Source of the DNA: Perkinsela sp. CCAP 1560/9
Taxonomy: Eukaryota > Protista > Euglenozoa: Kinetoplastea
Assembly (NCBI GenBank): GCA_965644495.1
Contig: CBFFSA010000001.1
Coordinates: 806,001 to 870,000 of the forward strand
DNA length: 64,000 nucleotides
Reading direction: 5' to 3'
A program made the translations under genes and the position numbers. Shown piece by piece: positions 1 to 9,898 of this stretch. The notes beneath the pieces were generated by a model that did not search any database, was not told the origin of the DNA, and worked only from the letters and a program-made list of their open reading frames with translations. Each line of letters opens with the position of its first letter. The first letter of the stretch is position 1.

Positions 1-225
1 ACATCCTTGTACGAATCCACCGTAAAGAAGAAGCCCGTTCCATGCCATCTCTGTGGTACGCTGAACTATTCTTGGAGAACCTACTGCTACGTATGCCACA
101 ATCGATGGGGAGACGAAGCACAAAGCCAACCAAGCTCCGAGTTTTGGAACGAAGATGGTGAGGCTCCAACTGAAGTATGCAGTTCGAGTGACGCCGATCC
201 CACTTCAGTGACCATTGCTGCATAA
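1..225 (+). CDS. 3' end of a RanBP2-type zinc-finger protein (partial; probable tandem paralog of the next gene)
   Basis: CHLCGTLNYSWRTYCYVC resembles the last finger (CSTCGSFNYSWRPWCHTC) of 705..2366. The frame appears open from the window edge. Confidence 0.65.
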   Translation, partial: TSLYESTVKKKPVPCHLCGTLNYSWRTYCYVCHNRWGDEAQSQPSSEFWNEDGEAPTEVCSSSDADPTSVTIAA

Positions 226-704
226 CGATGATTAGAGTACGTCATTCTTTAGAAAACTAATGGGAAGGATGATTTATAAATCTCATTATGGATTGACAAA
301 TCCATTACTTGTACAGCGTTAATGTTGAAACTTTAAAGAATTTATGGAATTAAAAGGAGGTCAGAAAAAATATATTTGGTAGAGCACAACTTCTTTATCC
401 ATGTATAACAAGTCCCTTCATTCTCACTACTTTGCTCTGTCGCTTGTAGCAAGTTTCCTTCCATAACTTTCCATCCTACAGTAAAGCCATCATTCATGTA
501 AAGCCATCAAGCATGTAATCTACCATCGGACATTATACAAATCGTATAAAAGCTTAGTATAAGAACTTTATAGCCACCCAACCGAAATGAATTTTCTTTA
601 TCCATTGAGCCTCTTTATTCTATTTTCATCTCTTAACGACTTGCCTCGGGACATGCCGATCCCCTAACCCCCCCACCATCCCCAACCCACCGTTCACTTC
701 CTCC

Positions 705-2366
705 ATGCGTATCCTCTTTCGCACCTTTCGTCTCCCCCCCTCCCCCCCATGCCCTCTCCCCTCTCTCTACCGTACCCCCATGGTACAATTCTCCCCCTCC
801 ACCAACCCCTCTTCCTCCCCCTCCACCCCCCCACCCCCCTCCCCCTATCACCACCACCACCACCACCCCCCCACCTACGATGACGACGCCTCCAACCGCA
901 ACCCCTACCCCCCCTCCCCCTTCCGTCCCTCCCCCCGTCGTCGTCCCCACTTCGATGAATTCGGTGAGCTCCAGCCCCACCACCCCCCCGGTCGCCTCCG
1001 CGGGACCCGCCGGCGTCGTGGTGGCCCCCCCTCCCGGCCCCCCCCCGACCGCGACCCCCCGCGGCTCCCCGGGGACTGGCTCTGCCCCGTCTGCGAGGGG
1101 TCGAACTTCAAGACCCGCACGGCGTGCTACGTGTGCGCCACCCCCCTCGCCCCGGGCTGCCTGCGCTGGGCCCACCCCGACGGCTCCCCGTGGCGCCCCG
1201 CGGGGGGGATGGCCCCCCGCCCCGGGGACTGGCAGTGCACCCACTGCGCGCTGTGGAACTTCAAGGCACGGGGGGGGTGCTACCGGTGTGAGGCCCCGCG
1301 GGAGAGGGGGGGGGAGGGGGCGGTCGTGGGGAGTAGGGTGATCCCGCTGCCGGAGCTGAAGGAGGGGGAGTTCTACTGCCCCCAGTGCGGGGTGCTGAAC
1401 TTCAGCATGCGGGTGTGTTGCATTAAGTGTGAGGCGGGGCGGCCGGAGGGGGCGGGACCGGCGCACGTGCGGGCGGGGAGTAGGCGGGGGGATTGGAGGT
1501 GTGAGCAGTGTGAGCTGTGGAATTATGGGTACCGGGTGGGCTGTGTGCGGTGTGGGAGTGGGGTGAGTGAGCGGGTGGAGATGGTGGAGGGGAGGGAGGG
1601 GGGGCCGAGGGGGGGGGACTGGAACTGTGGGGGGTGTGGGTGGAATAATGTGGGGGGGCAGCGGAAGGGGTGTGTGAGGTGTGGGAAAGGGAGGGGGGAG
1701 GGGGGAGGGAAAGAGGTGGTGGTGGGGTTGGGGGAGGGGTTTGAGGCGTGGCCGGGGGACTGGTGTTGTGAGGGGTGTGGGGTGGCGAATTACCGGCAAA
1801 GGAGAAAGTGTTTTATGTGTGCGAAAGAGCGGGGGGAGGACACGCCGAGGATACCGTATAACCTCGGGAGGACGCTCGCGGAGGCTGTGCCGGGGGACTG
1901 GTTGTGTGTGAAATGTGAGCGGATTAACTTTCGGGAGGAGACCCAGGTGTGTGCGCACTGTAGCACGGTATACACGGACCCGCATCACGTACACAAAGTG
2001 GCGGAGAGCCGCTCGTGGGAGAGTGCCTCGCTCGGGGACTGGAAGTGTGGCCAGTGCGCAACGATCAACCCGAACAAGAGGAAAATGTGTTGGGTATGCG
2101 GTGCGGCCCGGGACGCGACCTGCTCCGTGGTGAGGAGCTTCTCTCGGAGGGGGAATTTCGTGTGTGAGTGCTGTAGCGAGGTGAACTATGGGGCTCGTAT
2201 GCTTTGTCTCTTTTGTGGAACACGCAGGGCGATGATCGAGGGTGACACGGAGCCGCTACAGCCGGGACAATTTATGTGTTCCACGTGTGGAAGTTTTAAT
2301 TACTCGTGGAGGCCATGGTGCCACACCTGTCACACGACCAAAGATGAGGCAGTGGCTTCTGTGTGA
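705..2366 (+). CDS. Multi-RanBP2-type zinc-finger (ssRNA-binding) protein with 10 fingers
   Basis: Ten G(D/E/N/Q)(W/F)xCxxC...N...CxxC motifs, e.g. GDWLCPVCEGSNFKTRTACYVC and GDWQCTHCALWNFKARGGCYRC. Pro/His-rich N-terminus. Alternative start at 780. Confidence 0.9.
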   Translation: MRILFRTFRLPPSPPCPLPSLYRTPMVQFSPSTNPSSSPSTPPPPSPYHHHHHHPPTYDDDASNRNPYPPSPFRPSPRRRPHFDEFGELQPHHPPGRLRGTRRRRGGPPSRPPPDRDPPRLPGDWLCPVCEGSNFKTRTACYVCATPLAPGCLRWAHPDGSPWRPAGGMAPRPGDWQCTHCALWNFKARGGCYRCEAPRERGGEGAVVGSRVIPLPELKEGEFYCPQCGVLNFSMRVCCIKCEAGRPEGAGPAHVRAGSRRGDWRCEQCELWNYGYRVGCVRCGSGVSERVEMVEGREGGPRGGDWNCGGCGWNNVGGQRKGCVRCGKGRGEGGGKEVVVGLGEGFEAWPGDWCCEGCGVANYRQRRKCFMCAKERGEDTPRIPYNLGRTLAEAVPGDWLCVKCERINFREETQVCAHCSTVYTDPHHVHKVAESRSWESASLGDWKCGQCATINPNKRKMCWVCGAARDATCSVVRSFSRRGNFVCECCSEVNYGARMLCLFCGTRRAMIEGDTEPLQPGQFMCSTCGSFNYSWRPWCHTCHTTKDEAVASV

Positions 2367-2609
2367 TACTTTTGGACTATATTTTCAGAGTACGATTCAA
2401 TGATGTAAGTTCGTTTCATTGGAGTCTTCTTATTTTCATAGGTTTGGAGCCCCAATTACATGTATGTCCAAAGATATACAAGATTATACGTACGCGCCAG
2501 GACGATGTAGTGAAAGTTTTTATGACATGATTATAAAAACAGAAAACGAATTTCAGGGAAATAGAAACTAGAAACATTCTCGTGCATCTACACCGATTTC
2601 ATTTTAGGA

Positions 2610-3512
2610 ATGGCTTCCGCAACGGGACAATCCGTGTTCTCCGCACAGCTCCGAGCCTCTCCTCCCCATCTCTGTAACGCGCTCTATTCTTTACAAAGTG
2701 GGGAGCGACAGCAACAGTGGGTTACACTGGTGCTTTCCCAGGAAACCCCTTTGCTAATACGCACGGAGTCGGACGACTTGTCCGTGGAGGCAAGTCTCCA
2801 CATCCCGAAGGATTGGTTCTCCTCGTTTTCCGTGACCACACCCATGCGACTTTCTGTGGAGCTCAACGCTCTTATTTTTGCCCTCCAGCTCGGTAAGACC
2901 AATCGTTCGTGTTCGAATGAAGCTCTCGGGGAGGAAGGAGTGGGTGAGAACTTGCGCACGGTTACTTTTGACTACGACGGCGCCGTGAGCCACGGCCTTA
3001 CCGTTCTTGTATCCCCCGAACGCACCATAGAGGCGGAAATTGAAACCGTCCTCTTTGTAAAAACCGACTTAGCGGAGCCCCTTAACATGAGCTTCTCCTC
3101 CTTTCACGTGGTGGCACACTTGGAGTGTGAGATCGCTTTAATGCGAGAGGTGGTCCAGAGCTTCATGTCGTACACCTGTACACACATTGGCGTTTCGTTG
3201 CATAGGGAAAGTGAAGTGGTTACGTTTAAGGGCCTCGGGGGAGTTTATGGTAGCCTCACGATCTCCTTACAGTGCTCCTCTGGCTCTACTCTGGAGCTGT
3301 TTGGAGATTCCGACGTGTACCATGAGTACCTCATGGGTCACTGTGCCATGTTGTTTGGCTGTGGCAATAAGAGCACCTTCGGTGAAGGTAACTGTCTCGT
3401 GGTTCAGTGGAATCAAAAAGGTATGGCCAGTGTGTCTTTTCCGTCCTCTTCCTCGGATTTCCTGTCTAGAGCGGTGATCGAGAAATGCATGCTTCCAGTT
3501 TTTCTAAGATAG
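2610..3512 (+). CDS. Rad1/Rec1-like 9-1-1 checkpoint clamp subunit (PCNA fold)
   Basis: 300 aa. VFSAQL...LCNAL...VEASLHIPKDWFSSFSV...LSVELNALIFALQL follows the Rad1 N-terminal pattern. Confidence 0.55.
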   Translation: MASATGQSVFSAQLRASPPHLCNALYSLQSGERQQQWVTLVLSQETPLLIRTESDDLSVEASLHIPKDWFSSFSVTTPMRLSVELNALIFALQLGKTNRSCSNEALGEEGVGENLRTVTFDYDGAVSHGLTVLVSPERTIEAEIETVLFVKTDLAEPLNMSFSSFHVVAHLECEIALMREVVQSFMSYTCTHIGVSLHRESEVVTFKGLGGVYGSLTISLQCSSGSTLELFGDSDVYHEYLMGHCAMLFGCGNKSTFGEGNCLVVQWNQKGMASVSFPSSSSDFLSRAVIEKCMLPVFLR

Positions 3513-4413
3513 TAGAGGTAAAAAAAGGAGAAATTTACCAATTCTCACCATCAATTTTTACCATCTCATGTAGGTGATGAAACTTCTATCCTTGACTCGA
3601 GTGCATAGTATGTACTCTATTCAAGCTTTTCACTCAGACACCGAAAGGGGTTACCGTCACCATGAAAACAAATCAACATTTAGTCACCATTTATCACTGC
3701 AGACATAAAAGAAAACTTTTCGTCCCATCAAACTATGCCACCCTCAACTAGTCCGCGTAGATTCAGTGATGGCGGCAGGTGGCGCATTTCATCTGATTTT
3801 TTTTGATGCAAATTTCTTTGTAAACGGGTCCGGTTTAGCATATCCCCCCGGTACGAGGTCACAGTTATGGTAGCAGGTCACAGGTATGATAAGTTATTTG
3901 GCTAAAATGTTAAAAACGTGATTATCATTAAAAGTTATCAGTTGGGGTTAATAATATCACCAGTAAAAATCATAGAATCGAAAAAACGCGATAAACAGTA
4001 AAGAAAGCAAACGAATAGTGCTTTGCGTAGAGTCTTCGTTTGGGCTATTTTTTGTTGCATTTTGCAGATCTCGGTGACGCTTGTTTTCGCATATCATAGA
4101 GAAAATAAAATGCAAAAAAAGTTGAATTTAGTATTACTATTTTTTCACTTTTTCGCCACCATTTTTTTGCAAGATTCCAGCCTTTTGTCGAAACTTAAAA
4201 CAGTACGGTCAAGCTCAGATTCACCAATATTCTCAAAAGCTTTCTTTACGCACTTAACTAGAAAAATAGTACAAGACGGATTCATTTCATTTACACTGTT
4301 GAATCATTTCCCACACGTTTTCAATAGGATTAAGGCCGGGAGAATTAGCCGGCCAATTAGTATTCAATTATATATATGTATTCAATGCCAAATATATTGG
4401 CCAATATATGTAT

Positions 4414-5050
4414 TCAATTTTTGAAGCGAAAAGATAGGTTTTCGTATTTTTGGCCGTAGTGTGCACCCGCCCCATCTTTCTGAAATTTTCGACCAACCAC
4501 AAAGCTAGCACGATGTGCGTCGTTACTTACGATGGTTCGCTTGTTCTTGGCCAAGTGCTCCACGTCTTGTAACATCGTTTGACCATCTCTTTGGGGCAGG
4601 CCACGAACGAAGATATCGAGCATTGGCTGATGAATACTTCCTTCAGTGTCTACTATGCGATGACAATTCACAAGAACGTGATACACAGTAGAACCCCCTT
4701 TGCGGACCCTCTTACTCTTATTGTGTCTGCTAATCTTGATCTTTGAGACAAAGGTCTCGTCCTTTTGAAGGTACACCACAGTGCCTTTGGATTTTTTCAA
4801 AACTTAAATCGTGTACAGAGGCCATTAGGTGTTCAAATGTTTGGGTAAACCTGTCTACTGTACGTCGATGGACTCGTTTCTCTCTGAATACGCTTGCGAA
4901 ATGGCGCATGCCAATCCTTATAACATTTGAAGTACTTCCTTTGGTGTCAGTTTTCCGTGGGCCGGTAGCAAGGGTTCGAACGCTCCGTATTTCCATACCT
5001 AGTTGTTCAGTGAACCCTATTTCGTGGTTCATTGAACCCACTGAACCCAA
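4414..5050 (-). pseudogene. Merlin/IS1595(ISXO2)-type DDE transposase relic, frameshifted near 4790 and truncated
   Basis: YLQKDETFVSKIKISRHNKSKRVRK resembles the (V)EIDES...KYNRGR block. RDGQTMLQDV...TIVSNDAHRAS resembles DRTAETL...TIYSDxWRAY. The overlapping upstream ORF 4730..5050 gives an HTH-like N-part. No third catalytic Glu seen. Confidence 0.7.
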
Positions 5051-5141
5051 ATATTTATCGACTGCTTCTCCATGTAATATGTTTATTACTAGACTAATAT
5101 ACAGTATATATATGTATAGTATATATCATATATGTATAGTA

Positions 5142-5882
5142 CAGGGGTGTAAATTTGGATGTGGGGGGGGTCTAAAATTTGTAAAACTTAGCCAATTTTG
5201 GAAAATAATAGCGCATTCGAGAGCTCCCGAACAGGGCTCATGAACGTAACAAGGCCGAACTATGCACAAGGGGGTATTGCCCCCTAGACAAAGCGCCCCC
5301 AAAAGCTATTTGCAACTTTCTAAAACAATAGCAAATATCGAAAAAAAAAATTATAATTGCTATTATCGTCGATTAATCCCAATCACAATACAGCATCGCT
5401 TTCGAAAGCTCTTCATGGCATTTTCATGGGCCTTGAAACGCTGCTTCGATCGCAATAATCAAATCTGCACTATTCCGAGGGGCTCAACCATTTTTGGAGT
5501 CGCCCACTATGGAACATGATTTTTTAGCGCGAAAAAGATTGTGTTGTTTCGTAATCCGCAACAAGAACCATGCACCAGCTTGCTTTTACGTGTCCAGGCG
5601 AAGAATAAACCCTTTCGTAGTCTTTGTGTTCGGGTGATGGCCCACAACCCCATCTTTGTAGCATTAATCAGGGGAGAAATCAGAAAAACTGTGAAAAATG
5701 CAAAATTTTACCTCCCAAAAAAACTAATTTTTTTTACGTGCACTCGAAATTCTAATTAACGCAGATGCCGTACATGCACGTTCATGAGCCCAGTTCGAGA
5801 GCTCTCGAATGCGCTATAATTTTCCAAAATTGGCCAAGTTTTACAAACTTTATACCCCCCCACATCCAAATTTACACCCCTG
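5142..5882. mobile_element. Non-autonomous Tc1/mariner-type MITE with ~105-bp terminal inverted repeats
   Basis: Starts CAGGGGTGTAAATTTGGATGTGGGGGGG...GGGCTCATGAACGT and ends ACGTTCATGAGCCC...CCCCCCCACATCCAAATTTACACCCCTG. TA on both sides. No credible internal ORF. Confidence 0.9.
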
Positions 5883-6044
5883 TATATATCATATATGTAT
5901 AGTATACTGTCACCCCCCCTTTATACTTCTGCCGGTTTCAGTACCATTGGAAGTATAAAGGGGGGGCATAAAAACATACTAGCATAAAAACATACTGCAT
6001 GAGCAATATCCTTTTAAAATATTTTGTTCAAGTTTTTAACAAAA

Positions 6045-7410
6045 CTATTGTTTTCGAGGAAACCATTCTTTAGAAAGATCAGTAGCAATTTGACGTTGTG
6101 TGTTTCGTGCTATCCATCTAGTCCTGGAGTGCATGGCCATAAAGGTACGCGTTAATATAGCTGAAGCAATAATGTGCGAACGACTAATGGGTGAGTTGAA
6201 GGTGGGATGATTTTGTAATGTAAAGTACGCATCTAAGTGGGTTCTCAGAATGTTACGCATCCATTTCTTCCAAGTAATTGGCTCACCTCCAATTTCTGGT
6301 GCTCTAATTTGAATGACTCCAAGGTTTATTGTTGTATCCGCTGGGATTGGGTCATCTGCTGCGATCCAAACTTATTTCCATCAAGCATTTTAGTCAATGT
6401 TAGGGACAAATTGCGAGTGATCACAATACTTTTCGTATCACGCACAGCATTATTTAGATTGTTGATGACATGTAGGGCACAATCTTTGATCCCGGATTCC
6501 TGTTGTAGACAAGCAAAATACTAGTGAGTATACTAGTGTATACTAGTGAGTACGTATTGGGACGATCTACCAGCAGAACCTTCATGAGACATTTTTTTAA
6601 ACGATCTACATTCGCCTTTGCAGCAGCAGCAGGCGCGTGTAAGCGCTGACTGTCATGTACGGCGATAATGTGGCCCCGGACTTCTGTGAGTACATAGTGA
6701 TACTCATAGTGGAGAGAAGCATAAATGCGAGTACATTCGCGAGGCGTCAGTATTTGCCGACCGATTTTAACCACGTCCCTCGCTAACCTCGCCTCCGTGT
6801 TCCCAAGTGATAAAAATCCGGTGGAGGAGTTTGTGAAGGCATAAAATTTCAAATACAATTACACGCACAAAGATTCTATAAAACCCTTTTTTAAATATCT
6901 TTTTTAGGTGTGAACCGTTTAGTACTAGAGTACAATTCCCTGCTAAAGCATTCTTCGCTTTTGGGAATTCCAATTAACACTCACACCGCCGAATCACTAT
7001 TCCTAGAGTTTCATAAACGTTTCAATCCAATATAATATGATCTTGAGGCGTAACTACCGTCGCATGTTGTGTACTGTAGTATGTAGTGCGCTCGATATAC
7101 ATTTCCGGGTGCAGACAACTTATATTTTACCCACTTTCAAACATAATATTTTTGAACCACTTTTTAAAAGAATACATTGCTTTCATCTTGAACACTCGCT
7201 TCCGCTTTACGACATGAATCGTTTATTCTGTTCCACGTGTCATCTCCTTCACCTTCGTTATCTTCTGCTTCTTCTCCTTCAGATGAATCAGAACAAGATT
7301 CCTCACCTTCTGTCAAAATAATTTCTTTCTTAACAGATTTAAGGGACAGCAAAAGCGCCCGGAAGCGTTGCTTGCTGCCAGAAAGGTTTCGTCCACGGCA
7401 CAGTTCTTTC
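6045..7410 (-). pseudogene. Degraded SAP-motif + Ulp1/C48 cysteine protease gene (probable transposon cargo)
   Basis: Manual translation across frameshifts gives KELCRGRNLSGSKQRF (SAP-like), an acidic linker, RIYASLHYEYHYVLTEVRGHIIAVHDS (His, Asp) and QQESGIKDCALHVINN (Gln, Cys). Confidence 0.6.
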
Positions 7411-8116
7411 TATTTATATTATATTTTAGAAGTATAAATCGATCAAACAAGTATCAACCGAAGGAGTTCGAAAACCGTATAGTCTTGTTGCGTTCTTCAA
7501 CGGCCTTCGACACCCATCTTAGAAGTTGACGTTTCCATTAAAAGCAGTCACCCGGCTGACCATACACTGGGAAGCTATACTAGACATTTCGACCCTCTGA
7601 CATAGCTTAATCCAGAACATGAATTTCATCTTTGACATCTTTTGCTTAGCCGAAAAATAAGGAGCCAAACTGCTTAATCGCTTTCGACACTTTGCGTTTC
7701 CATTCCTTCTCCAACATACGCGGAGCAACTTATTTCTTTTACCTTTTGTCATAGTAATACTATGACCATACTATACTTGTGCACAATAATATTTTCCCCA
7801 GGGTGTCATCCCTCCCCATGGTGTACGGTACTTGGATTTTACCATAATTTTACAAAACCAGTTCTCAAAAATTATTTTCTCAAACGTTTTTTTTCAAAGT
7901 CTTAAAACAGGCTAAAAACCCCGGGAACACAGATCTCAAAATTTGGAACCAAAAAGTGGTGCTACAACCCCCATGGGTCCCCGCTTGCGAAAATCAAGGG
8001 GGGGTGCCTTATTCTTGTCGAGGTGTTTATATGTATCTTTGATGCTATTCAGCATACTTTCGCTCATTATCATTTTTCATCTTATGAGCTGTTCCCTTCG
8101 AACACCTAACTAATAC

Positions 8117-9727
8117 TTGAGCTCCTTGACCTTTCTCGTCCACCTTCCCAGCACTCACTTCCCTTTCTCCTGCATGTCCGCTACACGGCGGATCTCACCT
8201 CTGCTACCCCTCCTCCCCTACTCCTCTTCATCCCGACCACGCCCGTACAGCACCCGCGCCGAGCGAGCCCACGGTATCCGCCACCCCTACCACCCCCACG
8301 TCCGACACAAACGCACCCTACTCCCCCTTCACCGTGACCTCCTCCGTCCCCCCTCCACCCAAACCGGAGTCCCCTGGGTCGACGCCTCCAACCAACGCTA
8401 CCACGACACCCGACACGCCACCCAGCACCCCGTCCCCCGTAAAGGCACCCCTAGTCGTCACCCCCAGTCCGCACTCTACGCCTACTGCCTACGCGTCTGT
8501 GAGGCCCGGTACCCCCTACTTCGCACCACAACCCTAACAACCACGCCTCTACATCCTACCAGCAACGGTACGAAGAGTAGCCATCGCCCCGATACACCTA
8601 CTCCTACTACTCCCTCCTCCTCCTCTGACCCCTTACGCAACCCCCCCTCCCCGACCCCTCCCGCCCACTACACCCCCCTCACCTACCGCACGTACCAGGC
8701 CCTCACCTGCCGTACCCTCCGTGACCCCCCGCTCGGCCCCCTCACCCTCCTCGGCTCCAGCCGCGTCCAGGAGTTCCTCCACGAGACCTTCCTGGGGCAG
8801 TTCCCACGGCTGCGCGCGCCGCACCTCGAGGCCCTCACCGCGGCCGTGTGTGGGCTCACCCCCGTGGTGGGCTGCGCGGGGCGCCTCGGGATGGCCCGCG
8901 TGCTGGGCCTGGCCACCGAGGTGGGGCTGTGGCGCGAGCTCCAGGTGCTGCAGCTGCGACGCGCAAGGCTGCGGCAGGCCCTGGGGAGGGCCCAGGATAA
9001 GGTGCTGTCGGGGAATGTGGGGGAGAGGATTTTTCATTATCGAAGGGCGCTGGGCGCGGCCACGCGGCAGTTGCGGAGGCGGTCCCCCGCGCAGTTGCCG
9101 GATTTGTTGCCAAGGGTGAGGTGGTTGTGTAACCATGTGTGGGCGTGGGTGGGGTATGTGTACCTGATCCGTGGAGAGGTGTTTGCGCGGGCGTTGGTGA
9201 GAAAGTTGATGTTTCCCGTCGCGAGGAAAGGGGGAAAGGACGGGAGACACCCGTTGGAGAGGAAGCGCGAGGTGGCACGGAGAGCGGAGCGCTCCGCAGG
9301 GGGTATGCCCTCCACCCGGCTGTTTACGAGCTCAAAAATGGTAAAGCGTAAGGCGCGATTCCCGGATGTTCCGGATGTGCTGGTTGAGATTGTTGATCCG
9401 CCGAACGCGTTGAAGGAAATACAGTTCATCGTGAAGTACTCGGGCTTGGCACCCGCGTCGATAGAGGGACAACCAATATCGTTTCGTCCCGCGTACGTCA
9501 CGGCGGATGATGACCCTCCACAGGATTACACGACCGAACAACAACCGCAACGTGAAAAACTAATGGCAACTGAACTCCTGTTTGGGGAACATGTCTTAGG
9601 AATTGGTGAGGGATATGATCTTCAGGAATCAATGCAAGAGGCCGCAATACACGCAGTTCACAACTTTTACTTTGCTTCACCAGAAAACCCCTTGAAAGCT
9701 GAAACCGCCTCGGAAGCTAGCACATGA
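8117..9727 (+). CDS. Mitochondrial ribosomal protein mL44-like (degenerate RNase III + dsRBD); ATG start probably 8174
   Basis: LTLLGSSRVQEFLHETFLGQFPRLRAPHLEAL and C-terminal LLFGEHVLGIGEGYDLQESMQEAAIHAVHNFY match mL44 patterns. Arg/Ser-rich presequence-like N-terminus. Confidence 0.6.
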   Translation: MSSLTFLVHLPSTHFPFSCMSATRRISPLLPLLPYSSSSRPRPYSTRAERAHGIRHPYHPHVRHKRTLLPLHRDLLRPPSTQTGVPWVDASNQRYHDTRHATQHPVPRKGTPSRHPQSALYAYCLRVCEARYPLLRTTTLTTTPLHPTSNGTKSSHRPDTPTPTTPSSSSDPLRNPPSPTPPAHYTPLTYRTYQALTCRTLRDPPLGPLTLLGSSRVQEFLHETFLGQFPRLRAPHLEALTAAVCGLTPVVGCAGRLGMARVLGLATEVGLWRELQVLQLRRARLRQALGRAQDKVLSGNVGERIFHYRRALGAATRQLRRRSPAQLPDLLPRVRWLCNHVWAWVGYVYLIRGEVFARALVRKLMFPVARKGGKDGRHPLERKREVARRAERSAGGMPSTRLFTSSKMVKRKARFPDVPDVLVEIVDPPNALKEIQFIVKYSGLAPASIEGQPISFRPAYVTADDDPPQDYTTEQQPQREKLMATELLFGEHVLGIGEGYDLQESMQEAAIHAVHNFYFASPENPLKAETASEAST

Positions 9728-9898
9728 AAAATTCTTGTAGCATGTATATGACAACTCCATACGAACTTTGAATACGAAAGGACAAAGAATACCAGCATGT
9801 TTCATTTGTATCGCTTGTAAATTCAGGATATGAATTTTTTAACAGACTAACTCTGATAAATTTGACTTATTATATCATATAGCATTTTCAATATCCAA

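Noticed and set aside
633-1994. Long - strand ORF (453 aa) and similar ones at 8633, 17578, 33211, 49012, 49597 and 57268
   Set aside because: These are shadow ORFs produced by stop-poor C-rich/G-rich islands opposite real + strand genes.
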